A stretch of DNA of 58,470 nucleotides, taken from assembly GCA_964503755.1 (NCBI GenBank), contig CAZDBO010000002.1, positions 194,261 through 252,730 of the forward strand, in the 5' to 3' direction. How positions within the stretch are numbered: position 1 is the first letter of the stretch; every line of letters starts with the position of its first letter. This DNA comes from an uncultured Candidatus Saccharibacteria bacterium (GTDB taxonomy: Bacteria > Patescibacteriota > Dojkabacteria > JAOAGR01). Shown here piece after piece: positions 9,040-22,300 of the stretch. The translations under genes were made by a program, and so were the position numbers. The notes under the pieces were generated by a model. It worked only from the letters and a program-made list of their open reading frames with translations. It was not told where the DNA came from and searched no databases.

Positions 9040-12000
9040 CTATTTCTTTTTAGCGAAGTAAGCTTTGAAACTAACAATATTTGCTTTTTCATCAAAGTCT
9101 ATACGTATAATCAGATAATATTTGGTTGAAGGATTCTTAATAAGCAAATCATTAGTAGGACTTAAAAATGATACAAACTTTGTTCGTGGAAATTCAGTAT
9201 CTGTGGTATTATCAGCCATTGGCTGCGATCCATGTTTTAACACAAGAGAATTATATTTCTGTACCATACCTAGATTATATGAATGAGTGATAAAATTGAC
9301 ACTACCAACAAATCCACTCCTATTATTAATTCTACCTGAACTTGGTTTCATTTGAATATTACTCTCATCTGAAGGTGTACCAACTTTTGAAACTGTGTAC
9401 GCTAAAGCTGTAGCTATTTCACACATTCCTCCGCCGGGGTTACTCCCATCGGCTGGTTTACTAGGATCGGGAAAAACTCTTCCTTTATCCCAAGGAACTT
9501 CTACACCAGTAATAATTATCCCTTGATCAGAACCTGGTCTATAAAGGTGTGAAAGGTGAGTAGCATTAAAATATCCCATTCGTCTGAGAACTGAGAAATC
9601 GCCACCAGGTGATATAACATGCGTGCCCACCAATGGTCCTGCATCTTTTCTACCCGTTGCTTTATCCCACTGATTCACTAACATCAAATACTGAGCAGCA
9701 GATGCTGTACCTGTATTATACAATGACATTTTGTACTCAAACATTGTACCTTCTACTGCCTGATAATCATTTTCAATCTGATTAATATTTTGCGACGAAT
9801 TAGAATAGCTAGGATTTCGAGCAAAACAATTTTTGGTCAGTTGTAACCTTGGATCATTAATTTCTTTAAGCATAGATTCTATATTAGGCCATGCAGCCAT
9901 TAACTTAGAATTAGACCAATCGGGTTTCTCTCCATTTCTAAAATAACCAGGATTGTACTTAGAGTTAACTTTATCCCCAACACAAAATAGCTCAGTTCTT
10001 GGATCAAATATTCTAGGATTCGGATCGAAAAGCTTTACATCTGCAAAAGTGATTGGATATCTGGTCATATTACTATAATAATCACTATCACTTAACGAAT
10101 TGGGTACTCTTCTGACTAAACCACGATTACAATCATTACGTGGATCACCTTTTCGCTTTGAATCTATGGGGGTATATCTTTCCATCGTATAGACAAATGC
10201 ATTAGAAACTTTACAGGTACCACCATCTTGTCCTTTGAAAGGAATATCAAACTCCTTTCTTCCACCTTCAGAATACTGTTGATACTCATTAAAACGATTT
10301 CTTACTGATACAACCGCACAATTAATTTGCTCTTGCCACGAATCTGCTCCATCTAAAAAACAACCAAAAATACCACTTTCAGAGAGACTAAAAGTGCTCT
10401 CCTGAAACCATATAGCAGCAATAAAAGCACAAGATACATTATACTCTGCGGCTTTTTGACACATATATCTAACTCTACTGCGAATCAAATTTATATTATC
10501 TTCCCCTTTTCTTCTTAATACAGCTGCAACAATTCTTTCTTCTATTTCCTGGTTTACATCGGTATTATTTACAGTAGCTATTCGGCTATTATTTCCGAAT
10601 TTTTCATCAACAAAAGGTGTATCATTACTAATACACCATGTAGTTTCACAGTAAGATCCGTCATTTTCTGAAGAATATTCATCTCCTGTAGTGCTAACAT
10701 CTACAGTCATATCTTCTAAATTAAATGGAAGCAGATTGATTTCCACTTCTTTTCCAAAAAGTCTCATCAAGGGATCTTCGCCTGTAATGATTTTATTTAA
10801 TTTCACCATACAGTTCCATTTTGCTGGGTAGTACATAGGATTATCATATACGACAAATCCAAAACGTTTGAAAAGTGGACTTGATGAGTCATTAGGAATG
10901 TATTCTTTTGATGAAGAGGGAATGTTTTTTGATTTCACAGGATTGACTATTGGATCTGTTCCATTAAGTCCAGATATAGCAAATAGATTTGAATATATCT
11001 CTGTACTGCCTTTATTTTCGATTTTCATATAAAGCGGTGTCATCCCGTATAAAATGTCGGGAGAATAAAATGTCATACCATGAATATCATACTTATGTAT
11101 GTATGAACCAACAATCCTACCTCCATCATAAGTAAAATCAAATATAGTTGGTGTATTTATTGGGTCCATTGGAGGAAAGCCACAATTATTAAATTCATAA
11201 AGACCCAAATAATTAGTACAATCTGTTGTATAAGCTGCATAACGCCAGTGATAGATCAGGGCAGGATACGAATTGGCTGTAATACTTCCTTCGATAGGTA
11301 TTTGAGATAGTATTACTCTAACAAGTGAACCTGATGGTTCTAAAAAAATATCTAGTGTTCTAACTCCAAACCAAGTTATGTTGCTTATGTTGATCTTACT
11401 AATTCTTCCATTAAATCCATTTACTTGTGGTATTGGAAAGATTGTAACTCTTATATCACCGTAATTATTTGATTCGAATACAAAATAGGGGACTTCAATT
11501 AAATAGCCTTCATTAAAAGAGTTTGCGTCTTCTTTTTCTCCAGAATAAGTCAATATTACATAAAAAGTAGTAGGAGTTGGTACTATTTTTAAAAATACAT
11601 ATTGTGATCCACACACACTGACCCCAAAACAATTATTTGATGATATTTCATTTACATTTAATCTTAAATTATTGGGACTGCCGTCATAGATATTTGAGAT
11701 TCTATAAATCTCAATCACATTGGATGTGCTACGAGAAACACCATAAACAACATCATCATTCTGAACAAAATCCCATGCCTGAGTCGCTGGAGAATTTAAA
11801 ATATCTGTATATGTTACATCTGATTTTGATACCACAGGGAAATTAAGCCCCAGATCGCTCATAACTGGAATTACAACCTGAAAAACACGAACATTATCTC
11901 CAGTAGAAATGATATTTACGACATCTAGATTCTCCATTTTATTATCACCATTAATATCGACAATATGTCTTCGATATGACGCAAATTGTACTAACGAAAA

Positions 12001-14406
12001 TTTCTCGCTATTTTCAAATAAAACTTTACACAACACATCAGATGAACTAAATCTTTGTATCAAATAAGTCATTAGGGCTAGTTGTTCTTGTGAGGGTATA
12101 TAACAAATGAACGGTTTAACCTCCCCTGTTGTACCATCAGAGCCAGGTCTGTTTAAATTTCCAACAATATATCTTGGCTTGCCCAAACTATCCAGAACTA
12201 AAACCATATCTTGTCCGGCATATTCATAAACATTATAGTCAGGATATCGCAATCCTAACTCTCCATAATCCTTTGAAAAAATGGCTGTCAAATCCCAATA
12301 ATTATTATCATACTGTATACCTAGAGCATGACCACGAGATTTTGCTCTATCTAAGTCACCAATAAGAGTATATGGAATAGCATCTTTTGTCGGTACATTA
12401 GTCTTTATAGGTTTTCCATGAATAGCAACTTCTTTTTTATCACACGTAAGCCCTGCCCTTGGAACATTCCATTTGCCTGTCAATTCAGAATCGGTTGAAT
12501 AGTTGGCATAGTTTAAAGCTTGACTGACCACATAATTTTGTAATCCTCCAGCAATAACACAATGTGTCAACATAAAATCAACTGCAAGTACATTTCCTCG
12601 TGTACCTTTTACATTACGTGTACCTTGATTTGTAGTTGAAGTATCATTGTCTTCATTCAATAGTTCTTGTATATTTTGAGCATCAGCATACAGCTTTTTT
12701 CTTTCAGTATCCAGCAATTCCACTCTATAAACCCCAGAAGCTGAGTCACCCGTTGCTTTAATCCTTCCAAACTCTGTATATTCAGAACACCAAGAGGGGG
12801 AAAGATAATTTATCCACGGATCATTAAAAGATTTATTATTCCATAAGTCTCTAAGATTTTGTTGTGAAGCAAGAGTTGATCCAACTGGTATACTCTTATT
12901 CTGATAACCAATAACGTTATTACCTTCTTCTACAGAAAGCAAATCACACCCCTGCCGATTAATATAAGATTGTATACAAATCTTTAATTGTTCTTCTGAT
13001 ACAAACTCTTTTATTATCGCAAAAGTTTGTTTAGTTGAATTTGGTAGCCTATCATATCCAAAGTAATATTTGTTATTATTTTGTTCACATCGTGCAATAT
13101 CATTTTCTATACTTCGGCATACATCACTTAACTGATTTGTTCCAAGATTACAACCATTATTTTCTAATTCTTGTAAGTATTGATTACGACAAGAATCATC
13201 AGGTGGTGGAAAAGGATTTGGTAATGGTGAAGGTGCAGGATTTGCAAATCTAACAATCTTGTCGAGACTATACGCATAATTTATCTCTTTTGCGTTTGTA
13301 ATGCTTCTAATAGGATTAGGAATACCAAACCTTGAATAATTTGTGGGAAGCAGTTGATTAGTTTGGACTATATTAGCGAATAAATTATACACAAAATTAA
13401 CTACCTTGGCTGTCGCACCTTGTTCAACTTGCTGATTTGGATCCACAATCGTGGTGAAAGGATCATAAATAGCAAACGTAGACAAAGTTTTTCCTTTTAC
13501 ATCTGTATTTCCTCGACCAATACCCATGTTTGGCAATCTAAATATCTTTGTACTTTCGAGAGTCAAATTTCCAAAACTATTTACAAAAGCATTTTCATTT
13601 GATTGTCCACCGTACCCTTGTACTTCTATTGTCACCGGAAGCACGGCTCGCTTTCCTCCTGACTTTCCCTCAACAGGAACAAACTGTTGTATATCATCAT
13701 GCCCCCATAGAAAATTTGAACCTACTGTAGAAATGTCTTTTACTACCTGACCCACATTAGTAACTGTACGAACTCCAAATATATCGATATTAGAATTATT
13801 CGTAAAAGTTTCTGCCAAATTGACTATTGGCGCTAAAACCGTATCAAGGAAAGAAATCAATGGATTTGTATTCACGGCATTGTCATTTGTTGAAGAATTA
13901 GTATTAGATTGTACGTTAGTATTTTCAAATGTTAAATCATTTGCAACAACATTTTGTAAAGAAAGAATACTTACATTACGCAAACACTCACTATTTGCCT
14001 CTGCTTCTTTTATATAGCATCCCAAAATACGTTCACTAGTTCTAGGCACATCAAGATTAAGAGTCGTAATCATAGGGGAGGGGGGAGTTCTCAAGGTAGC
14101 TTTAACTATAGAAGTTTCTATATTTATTGGAAGAGTATATTTTATGTTTTCCTTATCGGGTGCAGGTCCACTAAATCCATCACTTAAAAAATATGCCGTA
14201 TATGTAGAGTGATCCAGATTAACATTATATTCGTTGTATATAATCTCTGTATTTTGAAATCTTGCATTTAAAAACTCTTGAATATCAATTTCATTCGAGT
14301 ATACTGTCCAATCTACTCTTCCCTGATCAATGCTGTAGTAGTAATAAAATATTCCAATTAATATAACAAGTAAGAAAGAATTTATTTTTCTTAAAAATAG
14401 AAACAT
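9040..14406 (-). CDS. Giant (1788 aa) membrane-anchored extracellular protein with a lysozyme-like domain and a C-terminal VanW-like domain
   Basis: N-terminal TM; AAEYNVSCAFIAAIWFQES..IFG..SWQEQI..ERYTP (about 10170-10480) resembles lysozyme-superfamily glycosidases; GGGMCEIATAL..HSY..DLLIKN..YLIIR (about 9043-9700) resembles VanW. Confidence 0.7.
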   Translation of the reverse strand: MFLFLRKINSFLLVILIGIFYYYYSIDQGRVDWTVYSNEIDIQEFLNARFQNTEIIYNEYNVNLDHSTYTAYFLSDGFSGPAPDKENIKYTLPINIETSIVKATLRTPPSPMITTLNLDVPRTSERILGCYIKEAEANSECLRNVSILSLQNVVANDLTFENTNVQSNTNSSTNDNAVNTNPLISFLDTVLAPIVNLAETFTNNSNIDIFGVRTVTNVGQVVKDISTVGSNFLWGHDDIQQFVPVEGKSGGKRAVLPVTIEVQGYGGQSNENAFVNSFGNLTLESTKIFRLPNMGIGRGNTDVKGKTLSTFAIYDPFTTIVDPNQQVEQGATAKVVNFVYNLFANIVQTNQLLPTNYSRFGIPNPIRSITNAKEINYAYSLDKIVRFANPAPSPLPNPFPPPDDSCRNQYLQELENNGCNLGTNQLSDVCRSIENDIARCEQNNNKYYFGYDRLPNSTKQTFAIIKEFVSEEQLKICIQSYINRQGCDLLSVEEGNNVIGYQNKSIPVGSTLASQQNLRDLWNNKSFNDPWINYLSPSWCSEYTEFGRIKATGDSASGVYRVELLDTERKKLYADAQNIQELLNEDNDTSTTNQGTRNVKGTRGNVLAVDFMLTHCVIAGGLQNYVVSQALNYANYSTDSELTGKWNVPRAGLTCDKKEVAIHGKPIKTNVPTKDAIPYTLIGDLDRAKSRGHALGIQYDNNYWDLTAIFSKDYGELGLRYPDYNVYEYAGQDMVLVLDSLGKPRYIVGNLNRPGSDGTTGEVKPFICYIPSQEQLALMTYLIQRFSSSDVLCKVLFENSEKFSLVQFASYRRHIVDINGDNKMENLDVVNIISTGDNVRVFQVVIPVMSDLGLNFPVVSKSDVTYTDILNSPATQAWDFVQNDDVVYGVSRSTSNVIEIYRISNIYDGSPNNLRLNVNEISSNNCFGVSVCGSQYVFLKIVPTPTTFYVILTYSGEKEDANSFNEGYLIEVPYFVFESNNYGDIRVTIFPIPQVNGFNGRISKINISNITWFGVRTLDIFLEPSGSLVRVILSQIPIEGSITANSYPALIYHWRYAAYTTDCTNYLGLYEFNNCGFPPMDPINTPTIFDFTYDGGRIVGSYIHKYDIHGMTFYSPDILYGMTPLYMKIENKGSTEIYSNLFAISGLNGTDPIVNPVKSKNIPSSSKEYIPNDSSSPLFKRFGFVVYDNPMYYPAKWNCMVKLNKIITGEDPLMRLFGKEVEINLLPFNLEDMTVDVSTTGDEYSSENDGSYCETTWCISNDTPFVDEKFGNNSRIATVNNTDVNQEIEERIVAAVLRRKGEDNINLIRSRVRYMCQKAAEYNVSCAFIAAIWFQESTFSLSESGIFGCFLDGADSWQEQINCAVVSVRNRFNEYQQYSEGGRKEFDIPFKGQDGGTCKVSNAFVYTMERYTPIDSKRKGDPRNDCNRGLVRRVPNSLSDSDYYSNMTRYPITFADVKLFDPNPRIFDPRTELFCVGDKVNSKYNPGYFRNGEKPDWSNSKLMAAWPNIESMLKEINDPRLQLTKNCFARNPSYSNSSQNINQIENDYQAVEGTMFEYKMSLYNTGTASAAQYLMLVNQWDKATGRKDAGPLVGTHVISPGGDFSVLRRMGYFNATHLSHLYRPGSDQGIIITGVEVPWDKGRVFPDPSKPADGSNPGGGMCEIATALAYTVSKVGTPSDESNIQMKPSSGRINNRSGFVGSVNFITHSYNLGMVQKYNSLVLKHGSQPMADNTTDTEFPRTKFVSFLSPTNDLLIKNPSTKYYLIIRIDFDEKANIVSFKAYFAKKK

Positions 14407-14445
14407 TTCTTTAAGCTAAATATAATACAAAAATCTACTTAATAA

Positions 14446-16371
<1,926 letters not shown>

Positions 16372-16432
16372 TTACTTTATAGAAACAAATTAATAAAGAT
16401 TTATATTTTCAAATGCTTAGATTGAAACATTT

Positions 16433-17593
16433 TTATATGTCTTCAAAAATCTCACCATCCAACTCATCATAAATACCACCATCATAATAATCAGAATATT
16501 CTCCAATATCAGGATTAGTGATTTTATAATCTGTTTGCTCTTCCTCGTTAGATGATGAATTAAAACTGGCATCATTCATAAAATTATCTTCATTTCCTGT
16601 AGTATCATTGTAATCATTAACATTATTATTACTACTATTACTATTCTCCCCTGGTGAAACATAATCACTATTTTGAGAATCTGGTAAGCTATTTGATCTG
16701 ATTCTGGTAAAAATTTTTTCAAGAACAGTAATCACAACATTGTCCACTTCAAAATCTTCTACCAAAAAAGAAAAATCTTTAATCAGCTTATAATCGTTAG
16801 GTATATCTAAAAGATAAATCTTCGGATTAAGTTTATCATTTGGTTTTAAACTGTATGTTTCAAAAGTAGCACTAACTTTTACTTTTTCATTATATTCTTC
16901 CTGATACTCTAGAAATATTAGATTCAAAATCGGAGTACTATTTTCTACATCTTTCATAAAATCTAAAAATTTATCTTTAGGACCTGTTATTTCTAGATTT
17001 ATTTTTATTAAGCGACCAACACCACGATTATTAGTCACAAAATCAGGTACGAACTCATACTCACCGGAACCTAGACGAGTAAATTTTGCTTTATTCACTG
17101 TTGTGGTCTCAGGTTGTTGAGTGTCTTCATTAATCTCTCTATCTTCAGCAATACTACGTTCTAAGCCATAATAATCAGCTTTTTGTTGTAGCTGATCAAC
17201 TAAGTTACCAACTAAAATTTCCTCTGGTAATATCTCAGCCAATCGATTTTCATAATCCAATAGTAAACTATAGTTTGACTGAGCACGGATTAGGTTCGAA
17301 AAGTTTTGATCCAGAATTTTTTTATCTTCAGTATATTTTACAACGTAGTTATTATAATTAAAGAAAGATTCTATTGCAGGAAGAACGAAATAAAAAATAG
17401 AAACTCCGAAAAGAATAATTACAAATATGGGATATCCATAGTACACAATTTTGTTTTCTCTTACTTTTTTAAGTAATAACTTATATCTTTCCGATTCCGC
17501 CTGTTTTTTTTGTTCAAGTATAGGATCATCAACTAGCTGATCCAAAGTAAAATTTTTATTTTCTAAATTTTTTTGTGGTATTTCGTTATTCAT
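16433..17593 (-). CDS. pilO: Type IV pilus alignment protein PilO-like with an acidic low-complexity C-terminal tail
   Basis: TM, coiled coil, ILPEE..LVDQLQQKA..GL and LEITG..FLDFMKDVEN patterns; follows pilM and pilN-like genes. Confidence 0.65.
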   Translation of the reverse strand: MNNEIPQKNLENKNFTLDQLVDDPILEQKKQAESERYKLLLKKVRENKIVYYGYPIFVIILFGVSIFYFVLPAIESFFNYNNYVVKYTEDKKILDQNFSNLIRAQSNYSLLLDYENRLAEILPEEILVGNLVDQLQQKADYYGLERSIAEDREINEDTQQPETTTVNKAKFTRLGSGEYEFVPDFVTNNRGVGRLIKINLEITGPKDKFLDFMKDVENSTPILNLIFLEYQEEYNEKVKVSATFETYSLKPNDKLNPKIYLLDIPNDYKLIKDFSFLVEDFEVDNVVITVLEKIFTRIRSNSLPDSQNSDYVSPGENSNSSNNNVNDYNDTTGNEDNFMNDASFNSSSNEEEQTDYKITNPDIGEYSDYYDGGIYDELDGEIFEDI

Positions 17594-18251
17594 TCTCGTT
17601 TGATAACTGTCCTGAACTAAATTTTGATATTGGTACTTTAATAACTATGTTTAGTTTTGTTGATCTAAATACTTGATTATTTGAGTAGAACCCTGATGCT
17701 GATACTGCAAAATCATTGACAAAAGAAAAGCTAACAAGCTCTACATTTCCACCAAAATCAGAATTATTCCTAATAGCTGTAATAAATGCTGGTAATTCTT
17801 CATAACCATTTTCATTTATTTCCAAAGAAACTTCTACATCCTGCGATTCTCTAGCTATATCAAAAGAATTAATCTTTGCCTTGGGATAAATTTTGCTTAA
17901 CTTGTCATAAAAAGCATTAAATAAAAAGTTTCTATCAGCAAGCTGTTCTAAAAGCCTAGCTTTATCATTAATAACACCAATTTGATGTAAAACATTAGAT
18001 CGAGAACAGTCTGAAATATCAGAAGGTGAATCTACATAACACCCATTAGCACTCTTTCCAAGCCTATGTATTTCGATAAGCTTTTTATCTAATTCACCAT
18101 CAAAATATAACTTTGTTAAATATCCTGTTACTCCTAGAATTATGGATAAAATAATCAAAGCAATATTTAAAATCTGATACCAATTGATCTCTGATTTTAT
18201 TATTTTTTGTTCCTGATATTCTTTTCTTATTAAATTTAACCCTCGACTCAT
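17586..18251 (-). CDS. pilN: Type IV pilus alignment protein PilN-like
   Basis: Single N-terminal TM, coiled coil and ferredoxin-like region; lies between pilM and pilO. Confidence 0.6.
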   Translation of the reverse strand: MSRGLNLIRKEYQEQKIIKSEINWYQILNIALIILSIILGVTGYLTKLYFDGELDKKLIEIHRLGKSANGCYVDSPSDISDCSRSNVLHQIGVINDKARLLEQLADRNFLFNAFYDKLSKIYPKAKINSFDIARESQDVEVSLEINENGYEELPAFITAIRNNSDFGGNVELVSFSFVNDFAVSASGFYSNNQVFRSTKLNIVIKVPISKFSSGQLSNENE

Positions 18252-18260
18252 GATAAAAAA

Positions 18261-19304
18261 TTAAAAAATGTCTGATTTACGTGCTAACCCTATAGCGACA
18301 GTATATGCTGAGGGATTTTTTTTCAAGAAAGCAACATCACCAGAATCAATAATAATATTTGCCCACGGATCAGCTATAACAACCTCTAATTGTAATTTTT
18401 CTTTACAATATTCTAAAAATCCTGGCATATTTGACGCCTCACCTGTCAAATAAATCCTTTGTGGTGGAATCTCACTATATTCTGTTCTAAAGAAATCAAT
18501 AGATCTTCTTACATCATTTAGTATTATATCAATAACAGGTTCTATCACATCTGCAAGCTTACCTCCAAAATTACCTCTCGCCATTCCATAAGTCTTTTTA
18601 TATGCCTCAGCTTTAATAAAATCTAAAGAGAATGTTTGAGAAATAGCCTTTGTTACGCTGTCTGATCCATAAGGTATGGAATCAGAGTAGAGAAGTTTAT
18701 CTTTAAAAGCCACACTAACATCAGTACTCTGTGACCCAACATCTACGATAAGATAAGTGGAAGTCAAATCTGTAGCTTGAGGATATATGGCCCTCACTGT
18801 TGCAATACCTTCTGTCTCTGCTGCTATAGGTTCTAATCCTATGCTACTTAAAAGTTCTACATATCTGTCCAAATAATCAATTCTTACCGCCACTCCCAAT
18901 ACATCTATGATTCTTTGACCATCAACTATTTTTTCACCTATAACTACTTTATCTATTCTCATCTGTTCAATAGGTGCATTAATCCATTTTTTCATTTCAA
19001 AAATAACAGCATTTTCCAATTCTTCATCATTCATATAAGGAAGATGCATCAACTGTCTGATTACATGACTTTCTGGTACTGCAAAAATAACTTGTTTTAC
19101 TGAAGATAGATTTGAACTATTCAATATATCTTTTATAGCTTTAGCTAGCCTTTTGAAACTTTCTTCATCCTGTACAACCAATACACCTGCTGGAGTAGAG
19201 CCATAAGCATAACCTACAATGCGAGTGTTTACATCTGTACTATCAAGTCTAATAGCCTTTATAGAATGATTTCCTATATCAATTCCAAAATATGGTAACG
19301 CCAT
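18261..19304 (-). CDS. pilM: Type IV pilus assembly protein PilM (FtsA/actin-like)
   Basis: FGIDIGNHSIK, LIVDVGSQSTD, IYLTGEAS, YTVAIGLA. Confidence 0.92.
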   Translation of the reverse strand: MALPYFGIDIGNHSIKAIRLDSTDVNTRIVGYAYGSTPAGVLVVQDEESFKRLAKAIKDILNSSNLSSVKQVIFAVPESHVIRQLMHLPYMNDEELENAVIFEMKKWINAPIEQMRIDKVVIGEKIVDGQRIIDVLGVAVRIDYLDRYVELLSSIGLEPIAAETEGIATVRAIYPQATDLTSTYLIVDVGSQSTDVSVAFKDKLLYSDSIPYGSDSVTKAISQTFSLDFIKAEAYKKTYGMARGNFGGKLADVIEPVIDIILNDVRRSIDFFRTEYSEIPPQRIYLTGEASNMPGFLEYCKEKLQLEVVIADPWANIIIDSGDVAFLKKNPSAYTVAIGLARKSDIF

Positions 19305-19343
19305 ACAGTATTAAATTATACATTTTTGAATCAAATGTCAAAG

Positions 19344-22300
19344 CTACAATCCAACAACTGAACGATTGTATCTAGAAGGGCCAGAACCAATATATTCTCC
19401 AGCCCTCAAAGCCAGTATTGGATCATACATGATATGTATATAAGGATAGCGAGGATCATCGTCATAATTTTCACTTGGTTCACCTGATTGTCTAAAAATA
19501 AGGTTCGGATTCTGATATATAAAACAATAAGTTACTTGTGAAGGATGATTACATTCTGAAGTTCGTTCTCTTAATACAATACGATTAGTATAAACACTAC
19601 CATAAACAATATTTGTCGTTGTACTGTAATCAGTGGTCAATGACTCTCTTGCTATAAACATACCTTTATATAAATTGAAAGACGATTGATTATTAAAATT
19701 AACCACATTATTACTTAAATTATATGAACCAGTACCCACAAACTCTATCCTGTTTGCAAAAAATATATACTTAGTTTCAGATAAACTATCAGAATACGTC
19801 AAAAGCATGGAATTATTAGATGGACCATAGCTAGCAATTTGACTTCTAGGATTAATCTTCAAGGTACAATTTGGACAAAAAACAATGACAATACCACCTT
19901 CATTTTCTGTAGTCGGATAAGTAAAATTGATTGTATACTCTGTATTTGTATCCGCAGTTTCAGGTTCATACATTACTATCGTACCTGATGGAGTAGGAGT
20001 AATTGAAGAATCTCTATCTCGTACTGGTATCTTTTCTACTATATTTCCCAAATTATTTTGCAAATTTGATAACTTTGCCTGAATATTGTTTATATATGTA
20101 TTATTATCTCGACTAATACGATAATCCACACCTAAGACCATGAATACTGCGTCTATAGAACTATTGCTTACTATGTAATCAAAAATTTTATGATCACCAT
20201 TTGGATTACCTACCTGTGTATTTTTTAACCCAACATCTCCTCTTTGAGTACTGTAAAATAGGTTCATGCAAGGACGACTTCTGTCAAATCTATTAGAAAA
20301 ATCACTTATACTTTGTCCTCCCAAAGTAGTAGTACCATTCTGTGAGAAAACCACATTCCGTCTTCCTAAGTTGTCACGGACAATGACATAAAGAGTTAAA
20401 CTAGTATCTGTCAATCTTGTCGCATCTATTTGGATATCATTACGTCCGCCTTGCAATACCCTTATACGAACAAGCGGATTTACCTGTGATGATGTTAAAG
20501 GATTTAATAATTCTGTTATCTGTTGATCAGTCATTTCATTAGTGATACCAGTCAAAGGTGCACTATTATTAAACCTATAATAAATTCTTTCTATTGTTCC
20601 TCTCAGCGGTATTATGGTTATATTCCATCTATATGGAGTAATACAACTAGAAGAAATTTGGAAACTTGATAGGCTATCAAATGTTCCTGTTGCAGGTGGA
20701 TTACCTGTTGGTGGGTTACCTGGGGGACCACCTGGTGGATTATTTTGCCCATTAATATTACAATCAAATGTCAACTGGTTATTTGTAGTGACTCGTAAAA
20801 GTATAGGTATATTTCGAGATCCAGCTAAATTATTAAACTCGGTTCTTGCGAAAATTGAACGCGGTATATTTATATTATAATTCAGGTTAACACCATCATT
20901 ATTTGAATTAATTGTATATTGATTATTTGTAACATTTGCTGTGGAATTTGATCTAATAATACTTAAAGTACCTGTGTCGTTAAGGTTATCATCTTGTATA
21001 GAGATATTACTTAAATCAATAGAATATCTACTAATAGAACTGATATTTGAAAATACTGCATCATTAATACGGAAAGATAAAGATAAACCTGAATTTAATA
21101 AATCAACATTACCGCTTGGTGAATTTATAACGCATCTAACACTAGAATTATATCGAGTTTGGATCACACAATAATTACTACAGTTTTGAGCTGGACTTGC
21201 AGGTCTTGAACTACTACCCGATACTTCATATACCATACCCCCCGATGGAGATGGTCCTGCATTCCTACACCATCTATTACCATTTACCCAATCTACATAA
21301 TTTACTCCAAAAACTATACCTTGTGAAAAGTCCAAGACTCTACCAGAACAATTAGAGCCTGGTGCATTTGGCATGTTTGTAGTTATTCCGTTATATATAT
21401 TATCTGGCACACGAAAAGTCGCGATAGTTAGGTTTCCCTGGATATTTATACTACTATTATTACTATTGATCAAATAATAATTACACCGATCATCCAATTG
21501 TGTACCCATTAGGTTTGCTGGTCTCATCCAAAATGTACTAAAGTTTGGTGCATTTGAATGTCGCACGGAAGAAATTGTGACTACAGAACCCGGTCTAGGT
21601 AAACCTATAATAGTGTTATCTGAAAATATACTATTAACACTCCTAGAAACCTCTTGACTACTATTTATTGGGGTATATCTTATTTCCATGGATTGACATG
21701 AATCAGGTATAGAAGGTATAGACCTGTATACATAATGCCATACCATATTTTGGTTTGTTACCATGCCCTCTCCATTGTGTGGAGCTATATATCCTTGATC
21801 TTTGGCAAACATGCGAAAATTATTTCCTACAAAATAATAATAGTTACCATTCATCACTACCTGAAATACACCACCATAAGGTATTTGTTGATTACTACAA
21901 TTTATAGTATATGAGGTTATTGAGCCAGAATTAATTCTATACCATCTATAACCACTACACCGATCAGGCCTTCCATCTTGATCATCATAATAATAAGAAA
22001 AATACAAATTATTTCCAATAACAGAAAAATCGCCAATTGAAACATCATAGTTTGAAACATTAAAGCTATTGATAAAATTATTTGTAGTACAATTATTTGA
22101 ACTTATTGAACATGTTGCTATGTTAATCGAATCATAATCTATGTTATTTGATCGAATACGCTGTGAATATAATACGTAAAATGTATTATTAGCATAATAC
22201 AACGATGATCCAGTTACATTATTTCCTTGTGGAATTTGATATAATTGAGTGATTGAAAAACGATTTAAAGATGTATCTAACACAATTCTTCCAATTCTGA

